A stretch of DNA of 64,000 nt, taken from assembly GCA_964019335.1 (NCBI GenBank), contig OZ025689.1:124001-188000 (forward strand). Reading direction: 5' to 3'. Made by a program: the position numbers and the translations under genes. Position 1 is the stretch's first letter; each line of letters begins with the position of its first letter. Source of the stretch: Diplonema japonicum. Lineage: Eukaryota; Protista; Euglenozoa: Diplonemea. The notes under the pieces are model-generated. The model ran no database searches, had not been told where the DNA came from, and was given only the letters and a program-made list of their open reading frames with translations. This document shows positions 35,101 through 47,273 of the stretch, in pieces.

Positions 35101-36833
35101 CTATAAGATGGACCTCCTGCCCGAGCCACGGCCCATGCCCGCGAGACCTGGGTTCGTTGTTGGAGTGGCGGTGCCTGGGGCAAAGAGTTCTTCCTCGTCA
35201 TAAGTCAGCTTGTTCGGAGTGGCTGGGGGGAGAGGTGCGGAGATGACGTTTGGAGGGACAAACTGGTTTATAGGGGAGGTGGCGTTCCTCGACCCGAAGC
35301 GGGAGGAGAAGGGGACTTGGCCGTTGTGCGGCATGTGCACCGATGCAGTGTGCTGTGGGAACGCAGGGGGGGTCGCTGCCTGCCGAGCAGCCTGCGACGT
35401 GGCTTGCGCCAGCTGCTTCGCAGTCTGCCCATGGCTCTCCTCACCTTGTGGGAATGCATTCCCGCTAAACACCTTTTCCAAATAATCTACTATGTGCTCG
35501 TCGTACAGCTGGAACTGCTGCCTCACTTGAGCCAACTCGTCTACCTGCCGCTTGAACGCGTCTTTCATCAAATTCTTAGAATGTTTTAACTCCCTGTCGC
35601 GCAGGGCAAACTGTCTTTGCAGCTCCGCAATGGTGCCATGCAGCTCACGTGCCTTTGGTGTCGAGTCTTTGTGCATAACCTCGCCTTCTGCAATCTGGTC
35701 GGCGCGTATCCTCACATCCTCCGTGGGGTACGGGTTGTCGATGATCAGCTTCTGCAGCATCTTCACCTTTTCCTCTCCGTCTTCGACTTCTTTCCGCATC
35801 TGGGCAACCTAATGCGATAGGAAGGAATGTGTGAAGTCATACCTGCGAGGATTCCATCAGGCCATCGAGGTTCCCTGTCGCCCTGGACTGTTGCAGGTGG
35901 TATATTAGCTGACGGTAATCTTCCAGCTGCCGTTCCAGTTCAATCTTTCGTTTCCCTTCCGGGGACGTGATGCCTGCTGTGAGGTTGTTCTGCGCCGCTT
36001 TGCACCGCGGGCAGCTCCGCCAGAACTCAGGGTTCTCTGTGAGTGAAAGGTACTGTTGCTTCAAAGTATCGATCTCCCTGTGTGTGTGTGGAGTCAGAGG
36101 ATTTGAACGACTCCGGTCCATACCTGTCCCTCTCATCGATCATGGCTACGTACCCTTCAAGCTCCCTCTGCGCTTCGAGTATCTCGCCATGTCGGTATGA
36201 TTGCAGCCTGTTGCGGAGTTCCATCTTGTTAAACGACTCTCGGATAGCTCGCCTGTCGTCATCGTGAGAGGCTTGAGCTTGCATTTCTTGTTGTTCTTCG
36301 ACCTCTTGGTGCTTCACCATCTCTGATTGGTCGGTAAGCTGTAGGTCTACCCTAGCCTTCCAACCCTTGGGTCTTTCAAGCCCTAACAATTCTGCGAATT
36401 TTTCTGTGTTCTCTACATTTCTGGTGGGGAGCTCGGAGTTGAAGATGTGCTTACGGACAATGGTCAGGATTCGAAGTATGTCGGACATATCCATAGCTGA
36501 TGCGGTCTTAAAGCAGCAATCATACTGCCCAGCGCCTCCTATCTTGAGCCCTATGTGCCATGTTTCCCTTGGGTCTAGGATGACCTGTTTAATATGTCCT
36601 ATTTCGATCCCTCTTGTGAGCTTCTTGTTTGATCCCATTTTTAAGAAGTACATCAGCCTTTCTGTGATGATGAGCATCCTCTTCTGCTTCCCCCACGTTC
36701 TGTTCACCTTGAGCACGTACCCAAACCAGTAAATCACCTTGTTCTTCAACTTGTCCCCGAACTTTAAATGTTCACTGTTTGGTATCATTGCCATTGGAAG
36801 GCCAGTCCGCGGGTCCGTCACAGTACTGGCCAT
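35101..36833 (-). CDS. PH-like/coiled-coil protein, paralog 1; introns 36078-36123 and 35809-35842
   Basis: Three ORFs joined by GTATG-AG introns. Homologous along its length to 38784-40452. Ends RRSIL. Confidence 0.8.
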
Positions 36834-36932
36834 TGTTTTTTTCTTTTCTTTTTTTCTTCTTCTTCTTTTCTTTTTTGCCACAGAGACCTGATTTTGAAAA
36901 AGATTTTGTTTTCGATTTTGCTTTTATTTTAA

Positions 36933-38174
36933 CCCACAACACTCCAAGGCGCAAATATTTGTCGTTTTGAAAAATCGTTTTTTTCTCTATGTACTTTTTC
37001 GTCCCCACGACCCCTGGATCTCCAAGAACGACTAGTGAGGAGTTATTTTCAACTGCATTTGATGCTGCGCTGCATCACTTCACCTTGTTATCCACCCACC
37101 ATGGGTCCCAAATCCGAGTAGGATATAGGCTAAAAACGCAAAATAACGGGTGTGCATACTGTGCCCAAATTGTTCCCAAAAAACGCAAAGGTAAAGCCAA
37201 AACAGCTACGGACGAGGTCCAACCTTCATGGGTAAGGGAGTTGGTACCCATAGAGACCATAAAATAGGCCAGTGGGGAGAAAAAAAGCTGCCCCGTGGTA
37301 CGCAGAAACCTGACGACGCAAAATGGTTATTCCTTCGGTTTTTTTATAAGAAGCTCACCGACGTCATCCAAGAAGAGACAAACAAGCAAAAGGACGCTGA
37401 GATTGAAATTTCGACGCAGGACTCCACCGCTTACTCGGATTGAGCATTGCGATGGGTTTACGGCGTGCCCAGAATCAACAGTCGTAGTGGTCCACAGGAC
37501 CCATGAAAAACCCCCTTTTCAGTAACACGATGCCCAGGAGACGCTACCAGGAAATCAAAAGTAGCCTCCACTTCACTCACACAGAAGAGTCAAACGGTGA
37601 TGTGTTGTGAAGATACGAGGGTTTCTGGACAGAATTGGTGACAAGTGGGCAAAGGCAGCAGTGCCAGGAAAATATTTAAGCATTGACGAGACACTCGTAC
37701 CTTCACGGGGCAATCAGGGGGGCTGCGGGTCTACTGTCCTCTCAAGCGTAAAAGATATGGCATAAAGATCTGCTGAAACCAACACCTCTGTCCAAATAAG
37801 TGCTTTTTTCGTACCACTCTTCCGTCACCCCAAAAAGGCCTCTTGACGATTTCGAGGCCGATATTCCACCCGCAAATAGGCACTTCTCTCGGTCTGAGAC
37901 ATCTGAGGGGTCCTGATGCTGCCTTTTTTGTCGCTCAATTTACACCCCCCCGTGCACAACCCATGTTGACATGGTCGTTTTTGAGCACCCTACGGCCATT
38001 CAACTCTTCATCCCCTTTGTATTTTTATTAATTTCTGAACTTTCTTTTTAATTTTCCTGGTCCAAAAAACCCGTTTTACCTGCAAACGGGGGTTAAATGC
38101 TGCCATTTTCCCCCTCAAATTGAAAAGGAGCAAAAAAGGGACCCCTATCTAGATAGGCCCTGGAGTGTTATGGG
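36933..38174 (+). mobile_element. Decayed piggyBac element
   Basis: TTAA on both sides and 18-nt TIRs with 2 mismatches (CCCACAACACTCCAAGGC). Transposase remnants MPRRRYQEIKSSLHF, LSIDETLVP and KRYGIKI. Confidence 0.92.
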
Positions 38175-38190
38175 TTAAAAAAAAAAAAAA

Positions 38191-38710
38191 CTATTCTGTT
38201 AACTGTATCGTCCAATACTACCTATAGGCGCTCTTGCAACGACCACCACAGCCATCGCCAACGTGCCAAAAAATGGGCTAAACTCGCACACTGGTGTGAG
38301 CTTCAAGGGAGCTAAACGTTTCAGACATGGCGTGCCACACCCATAGGCCTCACGACCGGGGAGGGGGACATTTATCTTTCGCCCGTAAGCTAGAGTGCGC
38401 ATGCATCCCCAGCTCGCTTTGGGAGGTGTTGCCAACACCTGGGTCGCTTCGCGGTCCGACCTGCTGCCCAATTCAAAGCGCGGTTGCGGTGAATCCAAGC
38501 CCCCTAAGCATCGACACGATTAACAAAGGGGTTTGTTACGCCGGGATATCTTGTTCACCAATGCTCCATACGCCCCCTGTTGCCAGTTCGCCGGATGAGC
38601 ATACTGCAGGGTCTTCCACTCATCCGTTGCCCGGTGGGTACCACGAGGAGGTCAGCAACAATTCTATACTTTTGGCCACGTAGGGCCTGTTCTACATTTA
38701 GTATAGTCCC
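38191..38710 (-). ncRNA. ~520-nt highly structured element (candidate SINE or ncRNA)
   Basis: Many nested helices and no credible ORF. The 3' end TTAACAGAATAG(T)n resembles the family B tail TTAAAAGAATAG(T)n. Confidence 0.4.
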
Positions 38711-38783
38711 ACCAAAAAAAAAAAGGAGAATGGGAAATAAACTCTATACTACACAGTCCTCTAAAATAAGGTCTTTTTTTCAG

Positions 38784-40452
38784 CTACAGAATACTCTTGC
38801 GCGATGAAACGCTAGGTCTGCGAGATGATTTTTTACTTTTTTTTTTTCTTTTTTCTTTTTTCCTTCACAGCATACCCTTTAGTAAATTGGCTAGGCCTTT
38901 CTGACAGGGGTTGCAAATTTGCACCGAGCCACGCCCGCCTTGGGGACCGATCTTCGAGGGTTGATTGCGCGTAGAAAGGAGACCGCTCGTGGGTGTGGTA
39001 TGAGTCTTCGCTTAATATGCTTGGATCGGAAGGTGACTCGGGGATGCTGACAGGGGTAGCGTTGGCTTTCGCTGCAGAGGCAGTGAGCTCAGCCAGCTCT
39101 CTTGGTGTTTGCCTGTCTGTGGCACCAGGAGGGTACGTGCGCCCTGAGAATATCTTTTCGAGGTATGATACGATCTCGTGGTCATACGACTCGAAGCCTT
39201 TCTTCAACCGCTCCAACTCTTCAACTTGGCGTTGGAAGGACTCCCTCATCACACTCTTCGTCATCCTCAGCTCTTTATCCTTCTCGGCAAGCGTTCGGTC
39301 TAAGTCATACGCGTGTCTCGCAAGCTGCTTCTCCCGCTCACTGGCATCTTTTGGAACAGGTCCCACCCTTGTCAACGCGTCCTGTGTTTGTTGGCCCCGC
39401 CATTTTTAAAAATAACATACCCTCCTTGCCTCGTTTGAGGGGTACATCCCGGGGGATTCGATGATGACGTTGCGAAGTTGTTGGATTTTCTCGTTGACCT
39501 CGTGTTTCTGCTGACGGAGTTGGATGATCTGTGTGGACTCGGAGAACTGTGCGGTGCGTTTTCCAGATGAGGTGGCCTGCCGTGCGTGCTGAAGGTGGTC
39601 GAGAAGGTGCTCCGCGTCTGCGATCTGCCTCTCGAGAGAGTTCACCGTCTTTGTGGTGACCTTCCCAGTGTTGTTCCGGTTTCTGTCGAGGCAATTCGGA
39701 CATCCGTCCCACACATGAGGGTTCTCGTACACAGTGTCGCGAAGGTTGCGCAGCCTGTCGATCTCCCTGTCACGGTCGTCAATCATCTCGATGTACATAT
39801 CAACCGTTTTGGAGATCTCTTCAAACTCTTCAGCACCGTACGAGGCGAGCTCATAGCGCAGCTCTTTCTTCATGCGCTCGAACTCTTCGACAACCAAATG
39901 CTGTGCCCGACGGTTGTTCATCTCCGCAGCGGCCTCGTCTTGCCTTTGCATCTGAGCGCGTGATTTAAACCTCTCGGTGACCTGTTTATACCCGGCCGGC
40001 TTTACCAAGTTCAATACATCCTGCAGTAGTCTATCCTGCACCAAGCTAGACTTTTCAATGGGGCGCCCCGTTTTTGCTTTGCGTATCGTGTCGAGAATGA
40101 AGTAAATCTTCTTCCTCTCGTCAGCGGAGAGCACGTCGACGACCAAGTCGCAGTCGTTCACCGTGGCCGTGTCCACCATGATCGCCACATATGTGGGGTG
40201 CGTCTCGTCCACGATTAGTTGTTTGATATCGGACACCAAGAGCCCTCCGGTGAGGCCCCCGCTCATCTGCCCCATGTAGATACAAGAATGCGATATGATC
40301 ATCACGCTGTCGCTTTCTAGCCACTTGTTCGTGAACTGCTTCACGTGTCCTATCCAGTGGATAACCGGGTTCCGCAGTGCACCGTATGCCGCCTCGAACT
40401 CATCAGGGATATCGATGCACTCCAACCCTGTCGTCGGGTCCACTATGGTCAT
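38784..40452 (-). CDS. PH-like/coiled-coil protein, paralog 2; introns 39382-39420 and 38818-38875
   Basis: Shares VDPTTGL, VIHWIG.V, ENP..W..CP.C and YDHEIVSYLEKIFSG with paralog 1. The spliced end is RKSIL. Confidence 0.8.
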
Positions 40453-40585
40453 TTCTCACCCCACCCCCCCCTCCTCCCCCCACGGCTGTGTTGGGGATTT
40501 CTTTCAAAGAAAAAAAAGGGGGGGGGGATCTTTTGCAGGAAAACTGTTTTTCAAAACTACTGATTGACAAGCCTTGTAAAAGGCC

Positions 40586-42094
40586 CTATACTGGTGTTAC
40601 TGCCCTTGCTGTTAAAGAATGGCAAGACATGGCGGAGACAAGTGAGTCGGTCGATTGGGGACGTGGAGCTCGTTGTCTACCTGTGCGTGCAGACTTCCAT
40701 GCAGCCAGCTGACAGACGTCGACAGGGAAGAGCCGCCGCAACGTAGAGTCGACGAAGGGCTTGGGGTGGTACGGGGGAGGTGGAATGGGCACGAAATACG
40801 GCGTGCTCCTCGATGTCCCGTAGGTTGCCTCAAAACGCGCGGTAATCTCGCAAGGACCAGGGGTGGGGACCTCTAATATCTCATTGGTGCCTATTGCAAC
40901 ATCGGCTACCTCAACAACAGGTGGCGTGGGGTTCCGCTGCAACACCCATTTGTTCGTCGTAGGGATCTTTCGTGGCGGCTGCGGTACACGCTTCAACGCC
41001 TTGATGCATGTGCTGCTCGGCACTTCGGGCTCCTCTTTTTTCATAGTCCCCGGTTTCACACAGCCTTGTATGCGCTTCCGTGCTCTCGTCTGGTTGCGCC
41101 TGCTCTTCGACGGCATTTGCCCCCTGTTCTTACCAGAGAGTGTGAAATACAAGTTGATGAGCATTTGAACGTTCTTTGTATTGAATGTAAGCAGTTCCGC
41201 GTAGTACTTAACCCAATGGTGATCGTGTCGGCGTCCATGGCTACCCTCTTTCGCAGGCTCAGATGCGAGGCACTGTTCCAAGGTGGCTACGAGATGTGAA
41301 ATAGTGATGTTGCTGGGGTTGAGGCAGTCCATGAAAGACGGTTCGTTCTTTATGATGGTCTTCAGTCCTTTTGACTCTTTTTTGAACTCGAACTGCCCCG
41401 CAACGCAGGACAGGGCCATGGTCTCTTCGTGCAGCTTGGCTAGGCGTAACGTGCTCCCGTGCTGCTGGCTGAGCTTCCATGCTCGCAATTTCGTTTTGTA
41501 CTCTTCCTTGCACCGATCCCATAATAATCTAATGCTTGTCAGCTTCAGTGTATCTGGTGTCCAACAGTCGTTGTATAGGCATCGCAGTGCATAGACCCTT
41601 CGGTTCCCGACGAGCTTCGCGAGGCCGCCGTCGTAGTCATCATCATGCTCGTTCGCGATTTCTTTGCGCATCCGTGTGCGGGCTTGGTTCTCTGCCTTCT
41701 TCCATTTTCTTACCAGGCTCTCCTCACATGTTCTCTTGAATGACCAGAACTTCCTGTACGCCCTCTGAAGGATCTTTGTGGAGTTCATCAAGCGGCGTAT
41801 TGACGTTACGAAGTACCTCTGCGTCTTCGGCACTACTTTGAAGGAACTCCTTATCAACTCAACGAAGGTGTCGATCTCGCGCACAGTTGACACTACGCTG
41901 CGCGGGTCGCTCCTGAACCTGTACCTGCACGCGAACTGCACGAACGTCGTCAACGCCCACTCCTCTTCCACATCCTGAATCCCCGCCTCTGCCTCTGGGA
42001 ACAACCGTTTCACATTTTCCAACAATCCCACATATCCCTCGTCTTCAACTTCCAGCTGGCGTGTGTTAATCCGTGCCTTTTTCCGTGCTAGCAT
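40586..42094 (-). CDS. Hypothetical protein with IQ-like motif
   Basis: 502-aa ORF containing ILQRAYRKF. Confidence 0.65.
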   Translation of the reverse strand: MLARKKARINTRQLEVEDEGYVGLLENVKRLFPEAEAGIQDVEEEWALTTFVQFACRYRFRSDPRSVVSTVREIDTFVELIRSSFKVVPKTQRYFVTSIRRLMNSTKILQRAYRKFWSFKRTCEESLVRKWKKAENQARTRMRKEIANEHDDDYDGGLAKLVGNRRVYALRCLYNDCWTPDTLKLTSIRLLWDRCKEEYKTKLRAWKLSQQHGSTLRLAKLHEETMALSCVAGQFEFKKESKGLKTIIKNEPSFMDCLNPSNITISHLVATLEQCLASEPAKEGSHGRRHDHHWVKYYAELLTFNTKNVQMLINLYFTLSGKNRGQMPSKSRRNQTRARKRIQGCVKPGTMKKEEPEVPSSTCIKALKRVPQPPRKIPTTNKWVLQRNPTPPVVEVADVAIGTNEILEVPTPGPCEITARFEATYGTSRSTPYFVPIPPPPYHPKPFVDSTLRRLFPVDVCQLAAWKSARTGRQRAPRPQSTDSLVSAMSCHSLTARAVTPV

Positions 42095-42222
42095 TTATTT
42101 CCCCTTTGTACCACCTCCTTTTTTCCCCTGCCCCCCCCGCATTTTGCAGCACGTATAAAAAAGAGAAGGCCTCTGGTAAACATGTTGGGAGAAAATCTAG
42201 GCCTTTTTTTTTTTTAAATTTC

Positions 42223-43356
42223 CTATCTAGGGGCCGCTGCCCACCATTGCAGCAAAGCGGCGGCCTCGGGGGACTTGTCGATGTTCAGAGATGAAGACCT
42301 CGTGAAGGATAGGTTGGGGGCGTTGTTGAACTCGCCAAGCTTCAGCTCTTTCGCCACGATAGGCTCCCCTGCCTGGTGGGTGAAGGAGACGGCGTCTACG
42401 CCCCAAAGTATCAGCTCGACAGTGCCTGTTCGGTCGGTGACCTCTAAAGAGCGTTTGGCGAGCTCGTCGTTGGTACGCGTTCGTATCTCACCTAGAGGGC
42501 CTACCTTGGAGAGCACGCCACTCACGTCTATCTTGCTTCCTTTTAGCAGCGTACGCAGCGACACAATAGGCACCGCTCTCGATGCGGCTGCAGCCACGTC
42601 CTCGTCGCCCTCTACTTCGCGTATCGCAGTCGCGTTGCTGAACACAATCTCAATGTCGGACATCACGTCAGCAGCATACACCTTGTCGGTGGCCTTTGTC
42701 TGGCACGCTGTGAATACGTACGTTTTCCCTTCTTCTACAACAGGGCTCCATTTTGAAGCTGCTTCGCGGAAGAAGGTTCCCCTTACAGTTCCCGAGGCGT
42801 CTGCGAGTTCCACCCAAAAGTACACTCCTTCGCCCTTTGCGTTGCTCCAAGTGCGCAAGGCTATCCGTGATACGACCTTTGCTTTGATAGTGTACTTTCC
42901 ACCGAATTCTAGCTTGGAGATCTTTGTGATGTATGAGTCGCGCTTTTGTGTGTTGCGGTTTGCGTTCGCAGGGTACGCGCTGCTCGAGTGCTCGTCGACG
43001 AAGGGGTTGTGCGGGTTGCCCACTATGCTCAGTGCGGGGCTTCGCAGTTGCGCGGCTGTGATCACCAGTACCGCTTTCTTGTTCACGGCGGTTGTCACGA
43101 AGAACCCCGTCAGCTGTATTACACACCCCTTCTCGATCCTATTGTCGTACACGTCCTCCCCCGCCTCCTCTGTGCACAGCCCGTAGATCATGCTCTCCCC
43201 ATCACTAAGAAGCAATCTAAACCTATTCACGCCATCCCTTCCCTTCTGTATCTTAATCTCGATCACCTGCAGCACCGGACTGGCTTGATCGTCTGCCTCA
43301 CCGTTGTTAAGAAACAACAAACATATCCCACTCGACAGCGACCATGCAGGGGGCAT
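42223..43356 (-). CDS. RPA1 (RPA70)-like OB-fold protein lacking the C-terminal domain
   Basis: PVLQV...RFRLLLSDG (RPA70N), IRTWSNAKGEG-like DBD-A motif, DBD-B. Confidence 0.82.
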   Translation of the reverse strand: MPPAWSLSSGICLLFLNNGEADDQASPVLQVIEIKIQKGRDGVNRFRLLLSDGESMIYGLCTEEAGEDVYDNRIEKGCVIQLTGFFVTTAVNKKAVLVITAAQLRSPALSIVGNPHNPFVDEHSSSAYPANANRNTQKRDSYITKISKLEFGGKYTIKAKVVSRIALRTWSNAKGEGVYFWVELADASGTVRGTFFREAASKWSPVVEEGKTYVFTACQTKATDKVYAADVMSDIEIVFSNATAIREVEGDEDVAAAASRAVPIVSLRTLLKGSKIDVSGVLSKVGPLGEIRTRTNDELAKRSLEVTDRTGTVELILWGVDAVSFTHQAGEPIVAKELKLGEFNNAPNLSFTRSSSLNIDKSPEAAALLQWWAAAPR

Positions 43357-43419
43357 TCCTGGGAATATTTCTTTTCCTTTTTTTGTCCGTTAAAAAAAAA
43401 GCTTTTTCTTTTCGAAGGC

Positions 43420-44472
43420 TTAGAATCTAGGAGGGTAAGTGTCAGGGGTGTTGTGGAAGTAAGGGTGTTCCAATGCTTGCAAAGCTGTGGGGCGGTCGTT
43501 GGCCGAGACGCTGAGGAGGGAAGAGATGAGATTGATGGCGTCCTGAGGGACCTTTGGGAAGGAATGCGTCTGGGCACGACGGCATCGCTTGCAAACCCCT
43601 TCACCGAGAAAGGCCTCTATGATACGGGGCTTGTTGGTGATGAGGGCTGTGGTCCAACCGTCGCTGCCGCAGATTGTTATGATCTCACTGACGATGTCTT
43701 TGTCTGACCTGTTCATAACCACAGGGTGGAACAGAGGGTGCTGCAGGATGAAGAGCTCTGCAACGACACATCCTACACTCCACACATCCGCTGTATGACC
43801 ATATGGCTTACTCTCCCCCATTTTGTAACAAAATATCTCAGGAGGGCGGTAGCTCGACGTCACCACAGTCGGGCTGTACCTGCAGCCAACCCTCTCCTCC
43901 CTGCTCAAACCGAAGTCTGCAAGCTTGAGAACCCCATCTGCCGTGACTAAAACGTTGTCTGGCTTAATGTCCAAGTGCAGCACATTATTCTCTTGAAGAT
44001 AAGCTAGCCCCGCGAGAAGCTGCTTGCTGTACACCCTGCGCTGCTGCATGGTCAGGGCGGCAGGGTGCTCTGACGCGTTTCGAATAACCTTCGAAAGAGT
44101 GTACTCCACGTATTCCATAAAGATGTAGACATCAGCCTCGCCAGGGATGGACGGGTAGTGTGTCTGTCCTTTCAGCAGCTCCATATCTTCCTCAGCAACA
44201 GGGCCTCCTTCTAGCCCAGTCGCAGGCTGCTCGTCAACGATGATGTCGTACAGCTGCACGATGTTCTTGTGGCGGTACCTCTGCAGCGCTTCAACCTCCC
44301 TCAGCAGCCTGGGCATGAACCCGTGTGTGCTCATCATCTGGTTGTTCTTCAATTGTTTTCTCGCCACGCGTTGGTTAGTCTTCTTGTGCTTCAGACACGA
44401 CACAACACCGTAGCTCCCCTTCCCCAGCACCCTCTCCTCGGTGTACTCCGATGCGTCGATTTTCATTTTCAT
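43420..44472 (-). CDS. CMGC/CDK-like kinase
   Basis: GKGSYG, LLREV, HLDIKPDN, DFG, VVTSSYRPPE, DVWSVG. Confidence 0.88.
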   Translation of the reverse strand: MKMKIDASEYTEERVLGKGSYGVVSCLKHKKTNQRVARKQLKNNQMMSTHGFMPRLLREVEALQRYRHKNIVQLYDIIVDEQPATGLEGGPVAEEDMELLKGQTHYPSIPGEADVYIFMEYVEYTLSKVIRNASEHPAALTMQQRRVYSKQLLAGLAYLQENNVLHLDIKPDNVLVTADGVLKLADFGLSREERVGCRYSPTVVTSSYRPPEIFCYKMGESKPYGHTADVWSVGCVVAELFILQHPLFHPVVMNRSDKDIVSEIITICGSDGWTTALITNKPRIIEAFLGEGVCKRCRRAQTHSFPKVPQDAINLISSLLSVSANDRPTALQALEHPYFHNTPDTYPPRF

Positions 44473-44523
44473 TTTTGGCCTGCTGTGTCATGAGACAGAC
44501 CGGGAAGCATGAACCGAAAATGT

Positions 44524-46195
44524 CTACTGCGGCTCCAGACACTGTGCGAAGTAGCCTGAGCTAAGGAGGTCACAGCGGCTGCTGTAAGTTGGGTTGTTCG
44601 AAGAGACGGCAAGCGGTGTGTTCATTTTCAACACGCTACGTGTCGCGTTGAAGGAGGGCCACCGCGGGCCTGGGTCGGAAGACGCGACAAAAGAAAACCA
44701 CATCTCCTGCATGGCATCGGCAAGCGTCCCATCTGCAGGTTGATACTGCCTGTGCTTCCACGAGATATTCGTGTTGTGTGCATAAGGCCTGCAAGGAAAA
44801 AAAAAATTAAACCTCTCTGCAACGAACATACCAGAAGTAGGGCAGTTCACAATTGTGTTCGGCCCCCTCGCCATCCTCTCGGGTGAACACGTACTGCCAC
44901 ACAGGCACGGAGGAGGACAGTATCTCGCTGGCGCTGTACGCAGGGCAGAAGTATGACGCGTCTGTCTCTATGTTCCCTGCAGAGGTACACACATCATTGC
45001 AATGCCCCACCGTGTCCCCGAAGGGGTACAGATTCCCCAACCTAGCGTTGAGGTCAGAGGGCCTATGTATACCCTCAGTCATGTTCGGGAAGCGCGAGTC
45101 GACCCATTCCTGCCAGTCTGCAGCGTTCGCCGTGTTCACAATATTCGCGTAAGGGAAGCCGTCGTGGCGGCACGTCCCGTGCAGCACGGGGAGCGGGGTG
45201 TGGTTCCCTGATTTAAGTACATCATGTGGCGAGGCGACAAGGCGGACCCCATCGACAGGGGGCGAGAAGGTACACCCGTCTGCACATGTAGACGACGATG
45301 TGGCTGAAGCGAGCTTTGCAACATCCTGCTGCTTGAGACAAGCTACATCCGAACATGACACAGCAGCAAGTACGGCAGCGTACTGGTCCTTCGACGCAGT
45401 AAGCGTGGTGGTGGCCCATGAGGAAAACCCACCAGACTGCATGATGGCCGAACGGAAGAGACCATTGCTGAGCCCTGACGTGTAGTGGATGGCAACGGCA
45501 CCAGCACCCGACGACTGCCCCGCAATGGTGACCCGGGAAGGGTCACCACCGAATGCGGGGATATGCGCTTGTATCCATTTCAATGCATGGATCTGATCGG
45601 TGATACCGTACCACCCAGTAAGGTTCTGACCGTCAGAGAGGAAGCCGAAGACACCTTGTCGCGAAGCGGGCACTGCTATGATCGAATTGTGTTTTGCGGC
45701 AAGCTGTGCACCATTGTAGTTATCTGTTGTACCATAGGTGTAGCAGCCTCCGTGGAGGAAGACGAGAACGGGGAGAGGGGACGAGGGGGAGATGTGTGGG
45801 GTGTATATGTTCATGTACAAGCAGTCTTCGGTTCCCTTGCCGTCCCCGTCCGCACAAGGCTGTGCTTGCTGTGTGGCATCCTTGATGTCCTCCCAGCTTT
45901 GCTTCGCAACAGCATCCTCCCACCTATTTGGTCTCTCCGCGAACGGAACCCCTTTGAATATATTTGTGCCAGAGGAAACGCAGCCACGGAGTTTTCCTAG
46001 CCCGGGGATGTCCACAACGACCACCGCCTTGTCGTACTCCCCTATCAGGGTACACACCACCACTACTGCTATAGTTGCTACTATGAAACCACTTCCTGCT
46101 GTTTTCACGTATTTCTTACGTTGTTTTTCCTCTTCCAGATCATCCCCGGGGAAGACTGCCTCTTCGATTTCCGTTTCAAACTGGTCAAGGGACAT
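44524..46195 (-). CDS. Type-B carboxylesterase with N-terminal membrane anchor; intron 44789-44831
   Basis: EDCLYMNI, HGG, FGGDP, GQSSGAG, GAEH. Confidence 0.9.
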
Positions 46196-46599
46196 TTTTC
46201 TTTCCCCCTGATAATTATTCGGATGAACTGAGCGAGGGGGGGGGAAAAAATGAAATAAACCGAGAGAGGAATAGGAAAGGAAAGAAGAAAAAAGAAGGAG
46301 GGGGGAAAGGGGGGGGGGGGGAAAAACCAAACACTTTTTAACGTCAATAGCAGGGCAACGAAAATAAAATAAAAAAAAGGAAAAGAAGGAAAATATAAGA
46401 AAAAAGTGACAAAGAGAGAGAGAGGAAAAAGGGCGGGGGGATAAAAAAAGAAAACCAATCTAACGTCCTCTTTTCTTTTATCCCATCCCCTCCCCTGTCA
46501 GTCGCTTTCGTTGTCCCTTTTTTTCTTTTTTTTGATTAGCCTTCTTTTTACTGAACTAAACGGGTGACAGTGGTCAGGGGATAATAATAATATAAAAGG

Positions 46600-47265
46600 A
46601 ATAAAATAATAGCTATTTACTGCCAACAAGTAATGACTTCACCGTTACCTCGAGGTCGGTAAAGCATTACTTGGCGGTAGGTAAGTGGTTTTATTTCACG
46701 ACACTCTGAAATTACTTCACCACGAGGGGCACAACAGGGTGACAAGGGGTACAACAAGAGAGGGGTTACAAAGGTTACAATACAAGTTGTTTTTCCTCCT
46801 TTTGTTGACTAAGAGCTGCCGCTGTCGCTGGCATTGCCGCTGTCACCATCTCTAATCAGGCCTTCCCATACCTAGCGCGGCCGCTGGCTCCTTTTTTTCT
46901 GCTGCTTCGGTAGTTTGAAGTCATTTGGGGAGCTTGGGTAAGCTGACTAAGTTACCCTTACCCACAGAAGAGTTACCCACAGAAACTGGGAACAAGGCCT
47001 AGCCAAAAGTGGGCAAATTGGGAGGAAAAAGTAGTCCAACTTGGAACTGAGCGAGGCAAAAGTTGGCCAATTGAGCTGAACCTGGGGGGAAATAGCAAAC
47101 TGAGAGGAAAAAGTAGCCCCACTGGGAACCGAACCGAGGCAAAAATTGGCCTACCGAGGCATATTATTTAACGGAAACCCCCTATTACTTCACGAAAACA
47201 GGCCATTATTTCACCGTGAAGTAATGAGATTTAGCGTGAAGTAATTTCTGAAGAGTGAAATAAAA
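46600..47265. mobile_element. Non-coding fold-back element: long hairpin, inverted repeats and ~80-nt internal repeats
   Basis: Hairpin 46600-46696. Imperfect ~30-nt inverted repeats (TTTTATTTCAC...GAAATTACTTCAC) at 46689 and 47265. Direct repeats at ~47021 and ~47103. Confidence 0.5.
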
Positions 47266-47273
47266 TAAAAAAA

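Noticed and set aside
38696-38710. Group I intron S-element-like TATAGTCC
   Set aside because: No matching R element or host exons identified.
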